DNA of 64,000 nt from Octopus vulgaris (lineage: Eukaryota). The first letter of the stretch is position 1. Each line of letters starts with the position of its first letter. The stretch is from positions 496,001 through 560,000 of the forward strand of contig OX597834.1 in assembly GCA_951406725.2 (NCBI GenBank). The letters are read 5' to 3'. The notes under the pieces were generated by a model. It made no database searches and was not told where the DNA came from. It was given only the letters and a program-made list of their open reading frames with translations. The translations under genes were made by a program, and so were the position numbers. This document shows, one piece after another, positions 42,584 through 58,569 of this stretch.

Positions 42584-44081
42584 TTGCCCGCTTCACTGAA
42601 AAGTGTCATAGTCACTAAACACACACACACACGCACACACACGCACACATACGCGCGCGCTGCACACAGATAAACACATACACATGCATTCATTCTCACC
42701 CTTTCTCGCACACGCATATACTTGCATACAGACACTCACATACAGCTACACACTCTCTTGCTGGCTCAATAATGCACTCACATTTTCTATCACACACACG
42801 CACAGATACACTCACTAATGCATATATATGTATATATATATACACACAAACACACACACATTGTCACGTATACACAAACATGCTGAGTTTACAATACAAC
42901 CTAGGAGCAGTATTGTATGCTGAACCGGTCCTTCACCCTTTCCTCACCATTTTAAGTTGATGGATTCTGCTTGGGAGAACCAGCTGTTTCCAGTGAAACA
43001 CTATGTGCGTGCGTGCGTGTGTGTGTGTATGTGTGTGTGTGTGCGTGTGTGTGCGTGTGTGTGTGTGCATGCGTGAGGTTCTCGTACATTGCCTTCGCTT
43101 GTAGATTGTAGTGTCGTCGATTCCTACAAGCTAGGGTTCGTTCTTCGGGGGTCAATAAATAAAGTCCTATTCAAATACTGGGGTAGACCCTGCTCTGTCT
43201 CTCTCAGTCAGTTAGGGGGTCAATCACTAATTCCTCTCTCCAAGAAACGAAGAGAAGGGATCAACGATCATTTCTTACCTACAACACTCCAGAAACTGTC
43301 GAAATGAATCCACCAGGATCGTCATGGATGGAGGGTGCAGAATTGAGGTAGAGATTTCTCTTGGCGTAATTTCTATCTCACCAATTGGCTGAAAGTATCT
43401 TCTCGAAATCCTAGACATTAAAGACCTGATGCAGGGTTTTAAATGTGATGATGGCATCTTTTAAAGAATTGCGGCCAAAGATGCCTTTTATTGAACCGGC
43501 TGCAGACACATCGCTGGAGATGCTCCAGACACGCAGTGAGCACGTCTGGTTAACGTTTCTTCTCCAAGACCATTTCTGGCCAGCTACAAATGGTTCAAAG
43601 ACCAGTTTTAGGAGGGAAAATATCATCTCTTCAAGAGTTGAAGAAATTGCTATGCAATCAGTTCCAGTGTTGGAAAGGTATGGCAGATATGGAGAGGCGA
43701 TCTGAAGACTGTTTGGAGAAGCGAATAAAGAGGGGGTAGAGGAGGGCCCCATTTACATGTCTAGTCTTTAGCTGAAACTGAATCTCAAGAATTGCGAAGT
43801 CACAGATGGATGCACCAATGTAAAACCTTGGATCGTCATTGAATTCTAAGGATGTCAAGGAGACCGTACATAAGTATGAATATCTGCTTATGCGTGTATA
43901 AGTGTGTATGTGTACGTGTGTATATGTATGCGTGTCTATGTATATATGCATACATGTATATCTATAAATATGTATATGATGCTACATGCTGTACTGCTGT
44001 ACCCGTAATCATAAGAACATATACGTAGTTATGTGTATATGAATGCAAACACATTTGTGTGTGTATGTGTATGTGAGCAAG

Positions 44082-44171
<90 letters not shown>

Positions 44172-46859
44172 CATGTACAGGAGAGTTATAATCAAAAGTA
44201 AAGTAAAAGCATATGGTCGATCAATTGAATATTATGACTCATGTGTGTGATGGGTGGGGCGGAGGGAAATGGCGGTGTTGACTGTTCCCGTCCTTTTGTG
44301 GCATCAACCAATTTTGCAGCAGCCATAAACCTATCCCTGGGGCTGAGAAGAACATGGAATATCGAGGTTGGTCTTTATGGCATTAGGAAACGGTGGAGGG
44401 AAAAACGTTTGGAATCTAAAACATTGGTTGAGTGATGAGTAATGATCAAAGACGCGAAATGAACTTGTGACCATTAATCATCATCATAATCATCATCAAC
44501 ATCATGAACGCCGTCATCGTCACTACCACCATTAACAGCATCACCGTCAACACCATCATCGTCATCGCCATCGTCAACACCCCATCACTATCATCATCAT
44601 CATCATCATCATCAACGTTACCTGCATCGGTATGGAGGTGTGACTGCTCTGTTCAGAAGCTTGTTTCGCAACCCTGTATCACAAGTTCGATCCCGCTACC
44701 GGGCACTTCGGTCTTAAATTTCTCATTTCAGTCAAAATGCAGCGAGTGAAAGTTGGTAAACGGAAACTGTGAGGAAGCTCGCCGTCGAAGGAGCAGTTGC
44801 CGGCATGTTTATTCTGTCATCTTACTAAAAACCGCCACCACCCTTACCACCACCACCACCACCACAGCACTTTACACAAATCTGATGACAATTTTCTTTG
44901 ATTCATTTCTGTTGCTTTAAATCTCTCCTTCCCCACCTCTGCCGCTCTTCCTCCTCCTCTTACTCACTACTCCTTCCACACAGTTCTATATTCCTCTACT
45001 CCTCCCTTTACACATAGTCCATCCATTTTTCTCATCTCAAGTCATACACTCCCACTCTCTCTATTGCAGTCCTCCTACTAACTACCACTTGCCTCGGCCT
45101 CCACGCGGTCACTCCTCCCTCCACCTCTTTTCTCTGATTGTTTCCTTCTCTCAAAGACTGTTATACTCCTCCCCCTCTGCCTCAGCCTTCTTCCTCTCCT
45201 CATTTCCCTCTGTACCATGGTTCTCCCCCCCACCCACTTCTATCACAGTCTCTTCTATTCTTTTTATACCCACCACAATCTATTATATTACTAAACGTGA
45301 CACCAATCCCATCATGCCTGTTTGATGTATGATACGTCCGGTTAGATGCCGACAGCTAATTGCTTGCACACACACATTATCACTCACACAGCCAATCCTC
45401 TCTAAATAGTGTCAGCATTTCTATTTCACACATTTAGGTTCTCTGAAAATGATTTACTTCAAAAGGTGATTGTGAAAAATACCTTGGGACGCCCGCTGTA
45501 CGGAAAACCTTTTGTAAAGTTGGTACTAGCAGACTGTAGTAAAGATCACTCCATTCCTTGCTGTTTTGTCTCGCTTTCTACAATGTCCTCCGCCCGTTAA
45601 TGTAATCGAAATACTGTAGCATCAGCATTAGTAGGGTCCCGAAGGAGCTATTTTTCACGCCACATAAAGGCCAGAGATAGGAAGAGAATATTCAAATCGT
45701 GACACACAGATCCAAGACAATTGCATATAAAGAATCTCATCAGGTTTTCTAATTCCGTTCGCCTGCAAATTGTTTGCTGCAGTTTTACACATGGTTCAAA
45801 CCTGAACAATAGTTCATGCCTGTAAGATCGCCCCATGCATAAAACTACACACAGGTAGCCTAGGCGTGAAACTACTTAACACAAGCGTATGTATATTTAC
45901 ATATATTCATAAATACATATACACTTATATGTATGTATACATACATAAATACATATACATGTACATACATACAAACGCACGCACACACACATACACACAC
46001 ACTTGCAAAGATGTGATGTCCTCCCACAGTTTCTGTCGACCAAATTGTTTTCGCATCCTCAAGGACACCTGTGCAAAGTGTCACACTGTAGGATTGAACT
46101 CCCAGCTACATAATTGCGAAACGAATGTCTTCTCCACAGAGCCATGCACCGTGGCTTCGTACACGATGACGTCATAACTGTATTGAAAAGATCAATGCTT
46201 GATCAATTAGGTTAATCAATTGGACGAGTTTACTTGAAGCACAAAACATCAATTTCGGCTCCAATCCATTGCTGCAGTCACACAGCCCCTGGATTAAATT
46301 TACCGGAGAGGTTGTCCCCCTCACCCACACCATGAACAGCCCCTATCAATTCTGTAGGCACTAGTAACCCTATCATTACAACCACCGCAACAATCACCAC
46401 CACTGCCACCACCACCGTCTCCGTCGTGAAAGACAACGGTAGCTGATGGAGATGTTTTTCTCTTCATTCTCTCTCAGAATTGAGGCACCAGATTTATAAG
46501 AGTTGGAGAAACTATCAACTGTTCTTCCCCTTCCCTCCTTTCCTCCTCTCCTTCTCTCTCTCTCTTCTGTAATATTTCTGTCTTACTCCTCCTCCTCCTC
46601 CTCCTCCTCCTCCTCCAAGATATTTTAAGCATCTTGTCTTGTGATCTTTGTAAATGTAATTTCAATGATTATGGCGAGACCTAATGAGTTTGGTATTTAT
46701 ATTTCAAGTGTTAACAACTCTTCCCAGGTGGAGATAAGAGTGTACGGTGTGTGTGTGTGTGTTTGTGTGTCTACACATATACATAATGTGGGAATGTATT
46801 TGTATTAAATATATCGAAGCCTTGATTATTGATTATTTCTCCAGTCCAGTCGCTTTACA

Positions 46860-47062
46860 TACAGACATATATATATACACTGTGTGTATATATATATATA
46901 TATACTGTGTATATATATATACTCTGTGTGTATATATATACAGTATATATATATACACACACACATATATATATACATACACATATATATACATACACAT
47001 ATATATACATACATATATGTATATATATGTATATACATACATACATGTATATACATATATAC

Positions 47063-47093
<31 letters not shown>

Positions 47094-47095
47094 CA

Positions 47096-47145
<50 letters not shown>

Positions 47146-47146
47146 C

Positions 47147-47177
<31 letters not shown>

Positions 47178-47257
47178 CATATACATATTTATATATATAT
47201 GTATATATATATATATATATACATACATATATATATATACACACACATACAGATATA

Positions 47258-47340
<83 letters not shown>
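46860..47340. repeat. Compound (TA)/(CA)/(TACA) microsatellite
   Basis: Direct inspection. Confidence 0.95.
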
Positions 47341-47341
<1 letters not shown>

Positions 47342-47660
47342 TTTTACAAAAAGAAGGACGACAGTGACTTCGCAGTGGTTTGGCCTTCTAGCCTTCGTCG
47401 CACTATACAAAGAGAGGTAACAGGACCGATATTTCGAAGTCACACTCATCCCTCTTTTGTAAAAGTGTAATCTCTCTACTTTACTGAGTAATTCATTTGT
47501 AATGCGACATTTCTTCCGGTTCAAATTCTGCTGGGCTCGACTTGGCCCTTCATCCTTACGCGCTCCACTAAATAAGTAGCTGTCAACTACTGGGGTTCAT
47601 GTAATCGACAAGCCTTGGCCACAACTTTCAGAACTTGTGATTACATTTGAAAGGACTGCT

Positions 47661-47967
47661 GAGACCCCCTTCGGTCATGACTGACCATGGGATTGCACCT
47701 AGAAAGTTACCCTCCCTGGCACAAGTCCGGCCAAGCAGTCACTCATGCATACCAGCCTGCCCTCTCCACGCCACCAGTGTTATCCAAGGGAAAGGCAAAG
47801 GGGCCGATACAACTTGGCACCAGTGATGTCACAACTCATTTCTACAACTGAGTGAACTGGGGCAACGTGTAATAAAGTTTCTTGCTCAAGAACACAACAT
47901 GCAGCCCGGTCCAGGATTCGAACTCACAACTTCACAATCGTAAGCTCGACCCTCTAACCACTGAGCC
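47661..47967 (-). mobile_element. tRNA-derived SINE, family C
   Basis: Minus strand GGCTCAGTGGTTAGAG...GAGTTCGAATCC (A and B boxes), then TGTGTTCTTGAGCAAG...CAGTTCACTCAGTTGTAGAAATGAG core. A degraded relative lies at ~53130-53250. Confidence 0.8.
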
Positions 47968-47995
47968 TTCACTTTGAAAGGATTATAAATGACAT

Positions 47996-48032
<37 letters not shown>

Positions 48033-48457
48033 GTGTATGTGTGTGCACGAGCGTGCGTGCGCGCGTGTGTGTAAGTGTATGTATTTGGGTATATGTATCG
48101 TTTATCTAAGGTTTATCTTAAGCCCATATGATAAGCCCTGTTCACAGCAATCTATTTCCCCTATTTTCTTATCATAGTTTTTTTTTTATGTTTAGTTTCA
48201 AACAACGACGATCCTCAGGCGGTTACCATGTCCTGGCCTTCGGCTGCATCACCATAGCCAACCGACTATAATGTCATATTGCTGGCGAGGTTTCTATTTG
48301 GCAGCATCAGAACAGGGGAAAACTTTTACAATTCATAAAATTACTATTTTTTAAAATTTAAAATTGATTTGTAGTTTATTTGACACGAGCTACATCTATG
48401 TGTTGGTTTTCCTTTAAATTTTTGGAAATTAGAAAGTTTGTTTTTAATTTTCTGTGT

Positions 48458-48520
<63 letters not shown>

Positions 48521-48849
48521 TCCGAAGGGTTTGCTATAATGCAATACACTTTATATTTGGTAGAAAATTAACTGGAAAAAGCGTTGATAAAAAAAAAGAA
48601 GAAGCAAAAAGCTTTGAAGAAATTGCCCCCATAATGGCCAAAGCCAGTGACAGAAGCTACTGAAAAAGTAATTTCGTTCACATCAAAAAATGAAATGAAA
48701 TAAAACTTATAAATATATTTAATAAAGGGCGTTCAGTTTGTTTTTATAAATATCTTCAGTTCACTCTGTGTTTGATTGAGGAAGGTTGAACGTTAAGTAG
48801 AGAGAAGGAACATTGAAATACAATGGGTTAACAACAAGAACATTAATAA

Positions 48850-49185
48850 TGGTTTCGGATCTAGGCACAAGGCGAACCATTTCAGGGGAATTCAATAGCT
48901 AACTAGTATTTTATTTTATCGATTCCTGGAAGGATCAAAAACAAAGCTGACCTCAGTAGCATACTGCTACTTATAAAAACGGTTTCAAATTTTGGACAGG
49001 GTCAGGAGTCTTTAAGGGGAGGGGGCTGGTCGATTGCTTCGATTCAGGGCGCAACTTGTACTTATTTCATCGATCCCAAAAGGATAACAGGTAAAGTCGA
49101 CCCCGGCGGAATTTGGACTAAGAAATGCAATGACAATGAGATACTGCTAAGCTTCTTGCCCGGCGCGTTAATGATTCTGCCAGCT
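48850..49185 (-). mobile_element. Two adjacent SINE family D copies
   Basis: Reverse-complement matches to GAGCTGGCAGAATC.TTA.CGCGCCGGGC and GGTCGACTTT.CCT.TTATCCTTT.GG.ATCGAT.AAATAAGTAC. Confidence 0.7.
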
Positions 49186-49872
49186 CCACACACACACACA
49201 GACACATGCACATACACACACACATCCATATCGTGTAAGGGTTGGTATTGCTGTTAATTAAAATATAGATTTGTAGTGTTCCGTTGTAAATGATATTCTG
49301 GTTTGTGTGTGAGCGCGTGACCGTGTGTGTGGTAGGGAAAAAGAGAAATAGAGACAGATACATAATGTACAGGTTTGCATAAACACACACACAAACACAC
49401 ATACACACACATATATGTAAGATTTTATACACACCCATGTAAAGAGAAAGAGAGAGAAAGAAAAATACATATGTAAGGAGAGGGGAAGAGAGCGTGTTTG
49501 TGTCAGAATTTGTATGTTACTGTGTGACTGTATGTGTGTGCGCGCGCGCGCGTGTGTGTGCGCGTGTGTGTGCGTGCGCGCGTGCGATGCTATTGTTTCT
49601 GCCAGAATTGACTGAGCAGAGCTGCAGGAATCACGTGAAAGTTGAGTTGTTTCTGTTGTAAGTTGGAAACAACTGGATCCGGAGACCGAAGATAGAATCC
49701 CACCCCCATCCACCACCAGCTCCACTGACGCCCCCCCCCCATACAACAGCAACAGGAACAACAACAACAGCAGCAGAATGGAAATCAATCTTAACCAAAC
49801 AAACTAAACATAACCAATAATAAATTAACATCAATAATAATAATGACCATGATGATGATGATGATGATGATG

Positions 49873-49923
<51 letters not shown>

Positions 49924-50709
49924 TAATGGACTGAGTAAAGAAAAGAGTGTGGGCGGGAGGAAGAGTTTTGAAAAACAGAGATGAAGAGGAAGAAGAGAAG
50001 TGAGAATGTGTGAGTGTATGTGTGCATGTGCTTGTGTGTGTGTGTGTGTGTGAGTGTGTATTTGTGAATGTGTGTGTGAAAATACGATCAATCAGAATAT
50101 GGATAATTTAGTCTGGAACAGGATGCAGAGTTTTGGCAGCCTCCCAGACACTGCAGCCACCATGTTGGGAGATATTCCTCTCAACATTAAACGCCCACAT
50201 CAAATCGGAATTTTATTTACTTTTTCTTTTTATTTCCCTCATAAAGCGATTAAGAAGGACAAGTCGGTGACTGCGGCCGATTTGGATCTTATTTAATGTA
50301 ATAATATTTTATTTTATGTTTTAATGACTTACTCAAGAAAAGAAGAGCAGCACACAATGAGTTCATTAAGAGGGCATCGAGGAACTGGTTGTTTTTAGAC
50401 ACCTTTTTATCAAATGGCCCCTGGGAGGTAAAGGCTGGAGAAAACAGTTTTGTAGGAACCAAGTTAAAAGTCTGTTTCGTTCTCGTTTAACCTCCCTTGA
50501 CAACTCACTTATAGAATGTAATTATCACACACAAAAGTACGAAAGGGAACTCGATACACAATCAAGAAGAGTCTATATCCATATGCTTTTAACTGAAATT
50601 GCAGTAGCGACTCAAGGTCCTTGATTTTAATGCCAGAGCACTTACCAAAACAGTCTGGTAAATGCCTCTGCATTTGCTCCCGACTCTCTCCTGTATTAAC
50701 TTCGCATGT

Positions 50710-50825
<116 letters not shown>

Positions 50826-51550
50826 TTGTGTATTTGAAAAGTCAGGGATGGAAAGTATGGTTGTTATCGTCAAAGCGGTGACGTAATCTGATTATTCGTA
50901 ACAAGTCGGACTCTGCAAAAGACACCTAAAAACCAATTATGGGCCACAACTGTCTTGCTGTCCATCCCAGCCCTACGTTGTCACTGGATCGGCTAGAAAT
51001 ATATCCCATCTCTGTCTTTCTTCGGGAAGGACACACTGAATTATGTAGTAGTAGATTCCCCTAAGTAGACTGTTTCGTCATGGTTGGAACACTTCTCTTG
51101 GCTATTGGTCTTCTTCATGAGAACTGCTCTGGGGGCTAACTACTGTAACAACCACATTTTACTTTCGAGGCTACAGTAGAAGACATATTTGTTGAGGGTG
51201 CTTTGTGCTGTAAGATCGAACGCAAACCATGTTGTGAAGCGAACTTCTTATCAGCCATATTGACACCCATTCAACAGATCGAAGCAAAACTAAAACAGCT
51301 GGAACCTCAACAAGTGTTTCTCATTGCCAGTCTCATACCACCCACCCCTCCTAACAATGTTTACACTCTGCTTTTCCTGCTCGTTATTTGGACTAATTTT
51401 TGGTTTGGTCGATCATCTCGACTCGGAACGGAAAGAGTGATGGCCAATAGGCTTTACAGCAGCCGAAAATGGATGCAGCTATATTTGATTGGTGTTTCTT
51501 TGAGCTAGAAACGGAAACTAGAATAGCTGAAAGTAGATAGATCTTTAATT

Positions 51551-51613
<63 letters not shown>

Positions 51614-52149
51614 CTGTGGGTGTTGGATGAGTATGGAGTATGATTAAAAGAGGAGACGGATCTATTTGAAGAAGAGAATAAGCGAGCGATGCAAAATGAA
51701 GAGGCCTGGTTAGTGTGGTAATACCAGAGAGAAATATCTGAAGACGAAAATTGCAAACAATAAATATTGGCCTCTTTTTTGGGTGGAAAATAATTCACGA
51801 GGTTAGAAGAGATAGCAATGGAGGGGAAAAAAACGAAACAAGAGGGATGTTTGTTGTCTGCTATTAGAGGTGGCAGTGGAGAATGCAGTAAACCGTGATG
51901 AATGGTTTCTATGGGAGTGAAATGTTCACAGAAGAACTGTCGGCGAGTGTCCGTTGCAGTTATTATATTGAAAGCAGCATTCGGTGAAGAGTTTTGGCTG
52001 CAGTAACGCCCGGACACGCCCACAACCAGTTTTGGTGTTTAGCGTGGATTTTATGGCACAATTTATTGGAAAATAGTTTTGTTTCTCTCACAAACATTAA
52101 CTTGTTTATGTCGATAAATGAAGCAGTGGCTGTTGTTTTGAAGCCATCG

Positions 52150-52520
52150 ACATCATCATCATCATCATCATAAACACATTCCATCACCAACATCATCACC
52201 ACAATAATCACTATCACTACCATTAACAAAATTCCTATCACAAACACCACCACCATCACCACTACCGCTTCCACCACCAACACCACAATAAATTATCTGT
52301 TCCACCATTATCACATTCATCATCACCATCACGATCATTGATTTCATCACCATACACAACCATTTCTACCACCACCAAAACCACCACCACCACCACCACC
52401 ACCACTCTCACCACCCTCACCACCACTGTTGCCGTCCTCTTCAACAAATCAACCACCAGCATCACTAACATAACCGCCACCACTACCATCAGCATTATTG
52501 CCACTACCTCCACCACCAGT
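52150..52520. repeat. Degenerate (ATC)/(ACC)n low-complexity tract
   Basis: Direct inspection. Confidence 0.85.
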
Positions 52521-53328
52521 TGAGAAACTGGACTTCATAAAACCAGAAAGGATACACCTTCATCCTTCCCGGGGGTCATTTAAAGCGGTGCCAGTTAAAT
52601 ACTGGCACCAATTCTGCCCGTCCCCACTCAATATGATAAATCAATATCATAGAATATTCAACTAATTCAATATGGCGCCTGTGTCACGATAAGCGATTTC
52701 TCTGCGGACATGTGACTGCAAAAGATAAATATATCAACTTGGGTTTTTTTAAAGTCTTTGAATAATATTTGGTGTCGAAAGAATGTTTCTGAAGGGTTGG
52801 TCAACTGGTTTCTTACTAATTTTATTACAATGGAGCTTTCACATATTTCGTTATAGGTTCAGTTCTCATCTACCGTTCGTTAAAGTAGCTGAATATTTGT
52901 AAACACGGATTTCCAAAGGAAAGTGCAAGGTTTTCAGTGAATTTGACTGGTGCTTTATTCTATTGGTCCCGGAAAGAAGATCATTAAAGTTGACTTTGGT
53001 CAGATTAGAATGCAGAACGTCAAAGCTATAGGCCCATTGGATAGAAGTATGTGTTGGCGTTTAAACGACTGATGCTGTAAGATTCCTTTGTAAATGGAAC
53101 TTCGGTCCGTGGCATGTTTAGTCCTCAAATGCCAAGCGGACTGAAACAACGTGAAGTGAAAGATGTTACCAAAGGACACAATGCAGCAATGGGGCCATAA
53201 AGTGAACCCACGACCGAACTAGTGTGAAACCAACCTAACTACTTGCCCATTCAACAGCATCAGAACAGAAAGGGTGGCGACTAAATGTCGCAAAGCATTT
53301 TCGAATGACGCTCAAACGATTTTGTCAA

Positions 53329-53362
<34 letters not shown>

Positions 53363-53499
53363 CCTACTAGACAATAATTCTATAATATTGATCTCATTAT
53401 TAATTACCGAAAATCAATTAATAATCAAAAAGATTATGTATTAATAAATACAAGCTATGGAAGATGGAGCTGCGGTAATTTTCACTAATATTGAGTACA

Positions 53500-53586
<87 letters not shown>

Positions 53587-54184
53587 ACGTGTATGCATCT
53601 ATTCTTTGTGTGCGTCGGTATTTCCAGGTATACAAATATTTGGCCGATCCTCAACAACCTTCATTTTGTAGAAACTTGACCACTGAACCAGAATAATTAT
53701 CCACCTCCAAGATTTAATCACTCAGACAATATCAATTAAGACCTGTTGTTTGAACCAGTACAAAGGTCAACCCCAATAATTTAACCTTTTTCTAATAGTT
53801 TCAATTAAATCTATTGATTGGAAACAAGAAGAGAATTAATCATTGTCCTGACCCATTCATACTTACAACACACAATAACAATAACTTTGCATAACATTTC
53901 TAAGTCTTTAAATTAGTTTTGAGAGACATTTATTACGCCCCGCTCCTCACACACGCAGGCCTTTCCACTCGCCCTTAAGTTGTAAACAACATTTCCTAAT
54001 CCACAGTCCTGAACATCCCGACCCAGGGGCGAAAGTAAGTAGACTGTCTACATTTGATATCAAACATATCTGTCCCCTCTACTCAGCTTATTGAGTTTGA
54101 ACGACGTAAAATAGAGTTTCATATATTTTACAACTCTTACATTACATATACATACATACATACATACATACATACATACATACA

Positions 54185-54220
<36 letters not shown>

Positions 54221-54313
54221 TACACACACAAATACATATGCATAAATGTATGCATACATATGCTTGTGTGTATATGCACTCAATTACAGATACGTATCAT
54301 TCTGAACAAATAG

Positions 54314-54417
<104 letters not shown>

Positions 54418-56806
54418 TATATGTGCATATATATATATTATATACGCACACACTCACTCACACACACACAATATTTGATCTTTCACCACTACAAGTTGAA
54501 AGCAAACATCATATGACTATTGAAAAAATCATTAGCTGCTCTCCGTTTGCAGAACTTTATTTGACATGGGACAGAAGGGCATTTTAACCTAGACAACAAT
54601 GTTTTAATAATTATAATTGTCTGACTCGGTTATCTAATATCACAGACAATAGTATGGTTCATGTTACAGCCATATTACAGATAAAGCAGACATGCTGGAG
54701 AGTCATGCGAGGAGGATTAATTTCTCGCCAGAGTCCAGACATTTACAATAATCAGGTATGGCTTCAATCAAAATTAAATAATAAAGGAAAACCCCCCTAC
54801 CGCCTCGTTTGACTCCAGCCCCAACTCCCAACATTTCTTGAGTGACATCAAGAAAATGGTTAAGAACATAGTGTGTGATAAGTCATTGAAAGAATGTTGT
54901 AGAAACTACTACGAGAGAAGAGTACGCAATACTTGGTGAATTACATTCAGAGATTATCTGTAGGAAAAGTATATCACATGGGGCGGAAAGATGAGTCACT
55001 ATGAAATGAACTAATGGAGAAAACCTGTTGCTTGATGTCTTGTACAGGGGAAGCTAGATTTACATGAAGGCCATCACTGGAAATATTGTTGCGACAAAAG
55101 GAACAGAAACTATGAAGTTAACCGAGTGGCAATAAAAATACTTCGTCTCAGAGACTAAGTAATTATTTAGTAAATATTATTTTACGATCCTGCGAGAAAT
55201 ACCGCTTTAGAAGTCTTTAGAAATATCCAGTGGCTGGAACGTTCGCAGTTCTGTTACAATCAACGACCTATGATGTCTCACAGACTTAGCTTTCAATAAG
55301 TTAACCCAAACTCGCATTTAGGTTTGGTTTAAAGCTACAATAAACTTTAACAACTTTATTCTATTTTAATAACATTCATTTAAATTCTGCAATAGTTCAG
55401 ATTTACCCTATCAACTCTTACATTCGCTCGACCAAGCAGTGTGGGTCTCTGTAAGTGTCACATTAGTTTACGAAGCATACTTGAAATTTTCAACAAACAC
55501 TTTACTAGCCAGGAAGAAGTTTGTAAATCAATTGTTTCGCACAAACCTCGTCTTACAAAATCACATTTTTGTCTTTAAACCCAATGGTTTAAAGGTTCGA
55601 CAGAAATATGTAGCAGGAACACCCTAAAGCAGATTCTGTCGAGTTTATTCGCCACCTGTTTACGTAAAGAGTTTTGCATTTGAACCAAACAAATCAATAC
55701 GGCATTACATGAAACAAACACGAACTATTTATTAACAAATTTTCTTGTAGATTCATAGAAACAAACCAACAAACAAGGAAAGATTTCCACCAACGCCACC
55801 ATGTCTCATTGTGGCACAGAGCCACAGACTATAAAACAAATTTTGAGATAGTAGCCGCCATCTATCGGAGGATAACTGCATAACTTTTAGTGTCCATTCA
55901 ATATACAATGATGTACGTAAAGAAAAGTGTTCAACTTGGACTGAACGAAGGTGAAGTGGAACTGAACAGGTTGAAGACAAGAACTTTTGTCATGTCTTCA
56001 CACAAAACGCATGGAGTCGGTTGACCAATCCTTCTTCTAAAGACACATCCGTTTGGGACTCCCAAATCAAATCATATTCTCTCTACAACTACTTAAACGA
56101 TTTAAATGAAATATTATATAGCAATTTAAATGGAATATTATGCAAACTCGAAGACCCAGTTTACTCCACAGCTTAGAAGGACCTGTGAAAAGCTGTAGGC
56201 TGTTTCGCTTCACTAACTGAGTGTATATATAAAGTGAGTGGAGACGGATGCATTCTCTTTGATTTTCAATTCAAAATTAAGCAGGGATAAGGAACCCGTG
56301 TTATCGGGGTGATCCAGACCAACTTGTTCATCAAAATTATTTACATGTATCATATATTTTAAAGGCTTCATCGCGAGAGAATGTTAATACAAGGATGTCA
56401 TCCGCATTTCACATTTAAACAATATTACATTTGATGGTGAAATACAATTAAAGCAACACATGAATGGATGTAAGAAACCATATATCTCTACTCATACCCG
56501 TTCACACTCTTTCTATATTCGTCTTCATTGGAACAGAAGCGGAAAGATTGTCAGACATATTTCTTGGTATTACACGCATGGATTGGGTAGACGAGCATAT
56601 AAGTCTTGCACACACAAACGTGCAGCACACACACGCGCGCGCGTACGTACACACTAACACACACACACACACACACACACAGCATACATTCAATACAATA
56701 GAAAACTAAAACAAAATTCTGCACATATCCAAAACTCATTGAGTTGTGCTCAATTGTGCAGTGAAAGTAGACAAAAAAATAAGACTACGAACTAATAATA
56801 ATAATA

Positions 56807-56841
<35 letters not shown>

Positions 56842-56989
56842 AATAATAATGATAATGATAATAATAATAATAATGATAATAATAATCTATTGAAGCTATG
56901 GTTATGACCATTGCTGTAGTTCTGAGGAAGTTATGAAAACAATTTGGTGTTTGGTGTAGAATTAGGTCTTCTTCTGTCTTTGAAATGGT

Positions 56990-57215
56990 GAGTTGCGACA
57001 GGCTTCTGTGAATTCCCGGAGCAGCTGCATTCGCCGTGGCATCAAATCCGCCAGGAGGACGGTGGGACAGTCCTGGTGGAATTGTTGCCCACCACTCTTG
57101 CAGTGCTAGTTGTTGGTCAGCATTGTTTGGTCGCTTTACTGCCTTCCTGGGTCTTCAACGTGGTCTGGGATGTTTCCACGAACTCTTTGTCTTCCTGATT
57201 CCTCACCAGAACAGA
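56990..57215 (-). pseudogene. Possible Tc1-like transposase C-terminal remnant
   Basis: Minus strand, across a frameshift: QLALQEWWATIPP...DLMPRRMQLL, resembling the Tc1 LQEEW..IP...SMPRR motif. Confidence 0.4.
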
Positions 57216-57221
57216 TTTCAC

Positions 57222-57281
<60 letters not shown>

Positions 57282-57854
57282 GTACACATATGTATCTAAA
57301 CACGCACAGAAATAGAGACGTATATAGTATAGATATATAGACACAGACACACACACACTCTTATATACAGATATAGAGACATATTCTTATACAGACAGAT
57401 ACATATATATAGACATATAGATATGTAGAGACACATATTTACATACACACAGACGTATATAATTAAATACACACACACACACACACTGGTATAGAATTAA
57501 GGAAACATAATGTATAGAAAAGTATCGATGAGGATCGGGATTCAATATGTCTGACTGATTTCCTGGAAATAACAGTCGAATTTCTGTCTTTAAAAAAGGA
57601 CATTGTATAGACTGTGATAACCTTTTTGAATAAAAGACGTGGTGGGCATGTCTAGGCTCTCCTAGGTCTATCTGATCATTACTAACCTTGGGCTAAACAA
57701 CACTCTCATCAGCTCACATTTCTTGAGGTATTTTATATATATATTTAGTTTCTTCCTCTTATGGAAGACGTGATTGTTCTTCCGACGTTAAAGGTTACCA
57801 CAGCAGCTTCCTGTTGATATATAGGGATAGATAGATAGATAGATAGATAGATAT

Positions 57855-57895
<41 letters not shown>

Positions 57896-58057
57896 GAGAA
57901 GTGAGACACAGAGATAGAGGGACAGTAGAACGGAGGGAGATAGAAAGAGATTATATATATACACACCGAGAGAGAAAAATAATGGAGATTGTGAAGTGAA
58001 AGTGGAGAGACACTGCAGGAGAGGGGCGAGGAAGAAGTATTTGTGCGCGCGCGCGTG

Positions 58058-58097
<40 letters not shown>

Positions 58098-58509
58098 TAT
58101 ACAACAGACGTAGGAGAGGGAGACGGAAAGTATTGAGGTTAATAAGTGCATTTAATCTACCAACAATACAAACCTATTGCTCGACCTTATTTAACTCCAA
58201 CCCACCCTTTCCCTTCACTAGCGCCACCCTCCCTCTTGCCACCCCTCTCCCTCACTTTCCTCACCTTCCTTTTCGCTATCCTCTCCCTGTATAATCTGAA
58301 GCCAAATTTTAAATAAGAACATAGAATCATCGATACAGTGGCTGCTGTTGTTAAGATTTGCAGATCAAATGTTTGTGATGAGTGATGAGTGACAGAAACT
58401 AGATAATGACTGACACCAATCAAGATAATTACGAAAGAAGTTGTTTTTTTTAAAAAAAACAGCGGAAATTAAGACTTTTCCCTTTGAGGATGAGTAAAAG
58501 AGACAGTAA

Positions 58510-58569
<60 letters not shown>

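Noticed and set aside
43290-43870. Complex sequence with short ORFs on both strands as a host exon
   Set aside because: No recognisable domain or consistent splice context; more likely a decayed LINE fragment, but not supportable.
52150-52523. Thr-rich/Val-rich ORFs as a mucin-like exon
   Set aside because: Degenerate (ACC)/(ATC) microsatellite; similar tracts occur elsewhere in the window without coding context.
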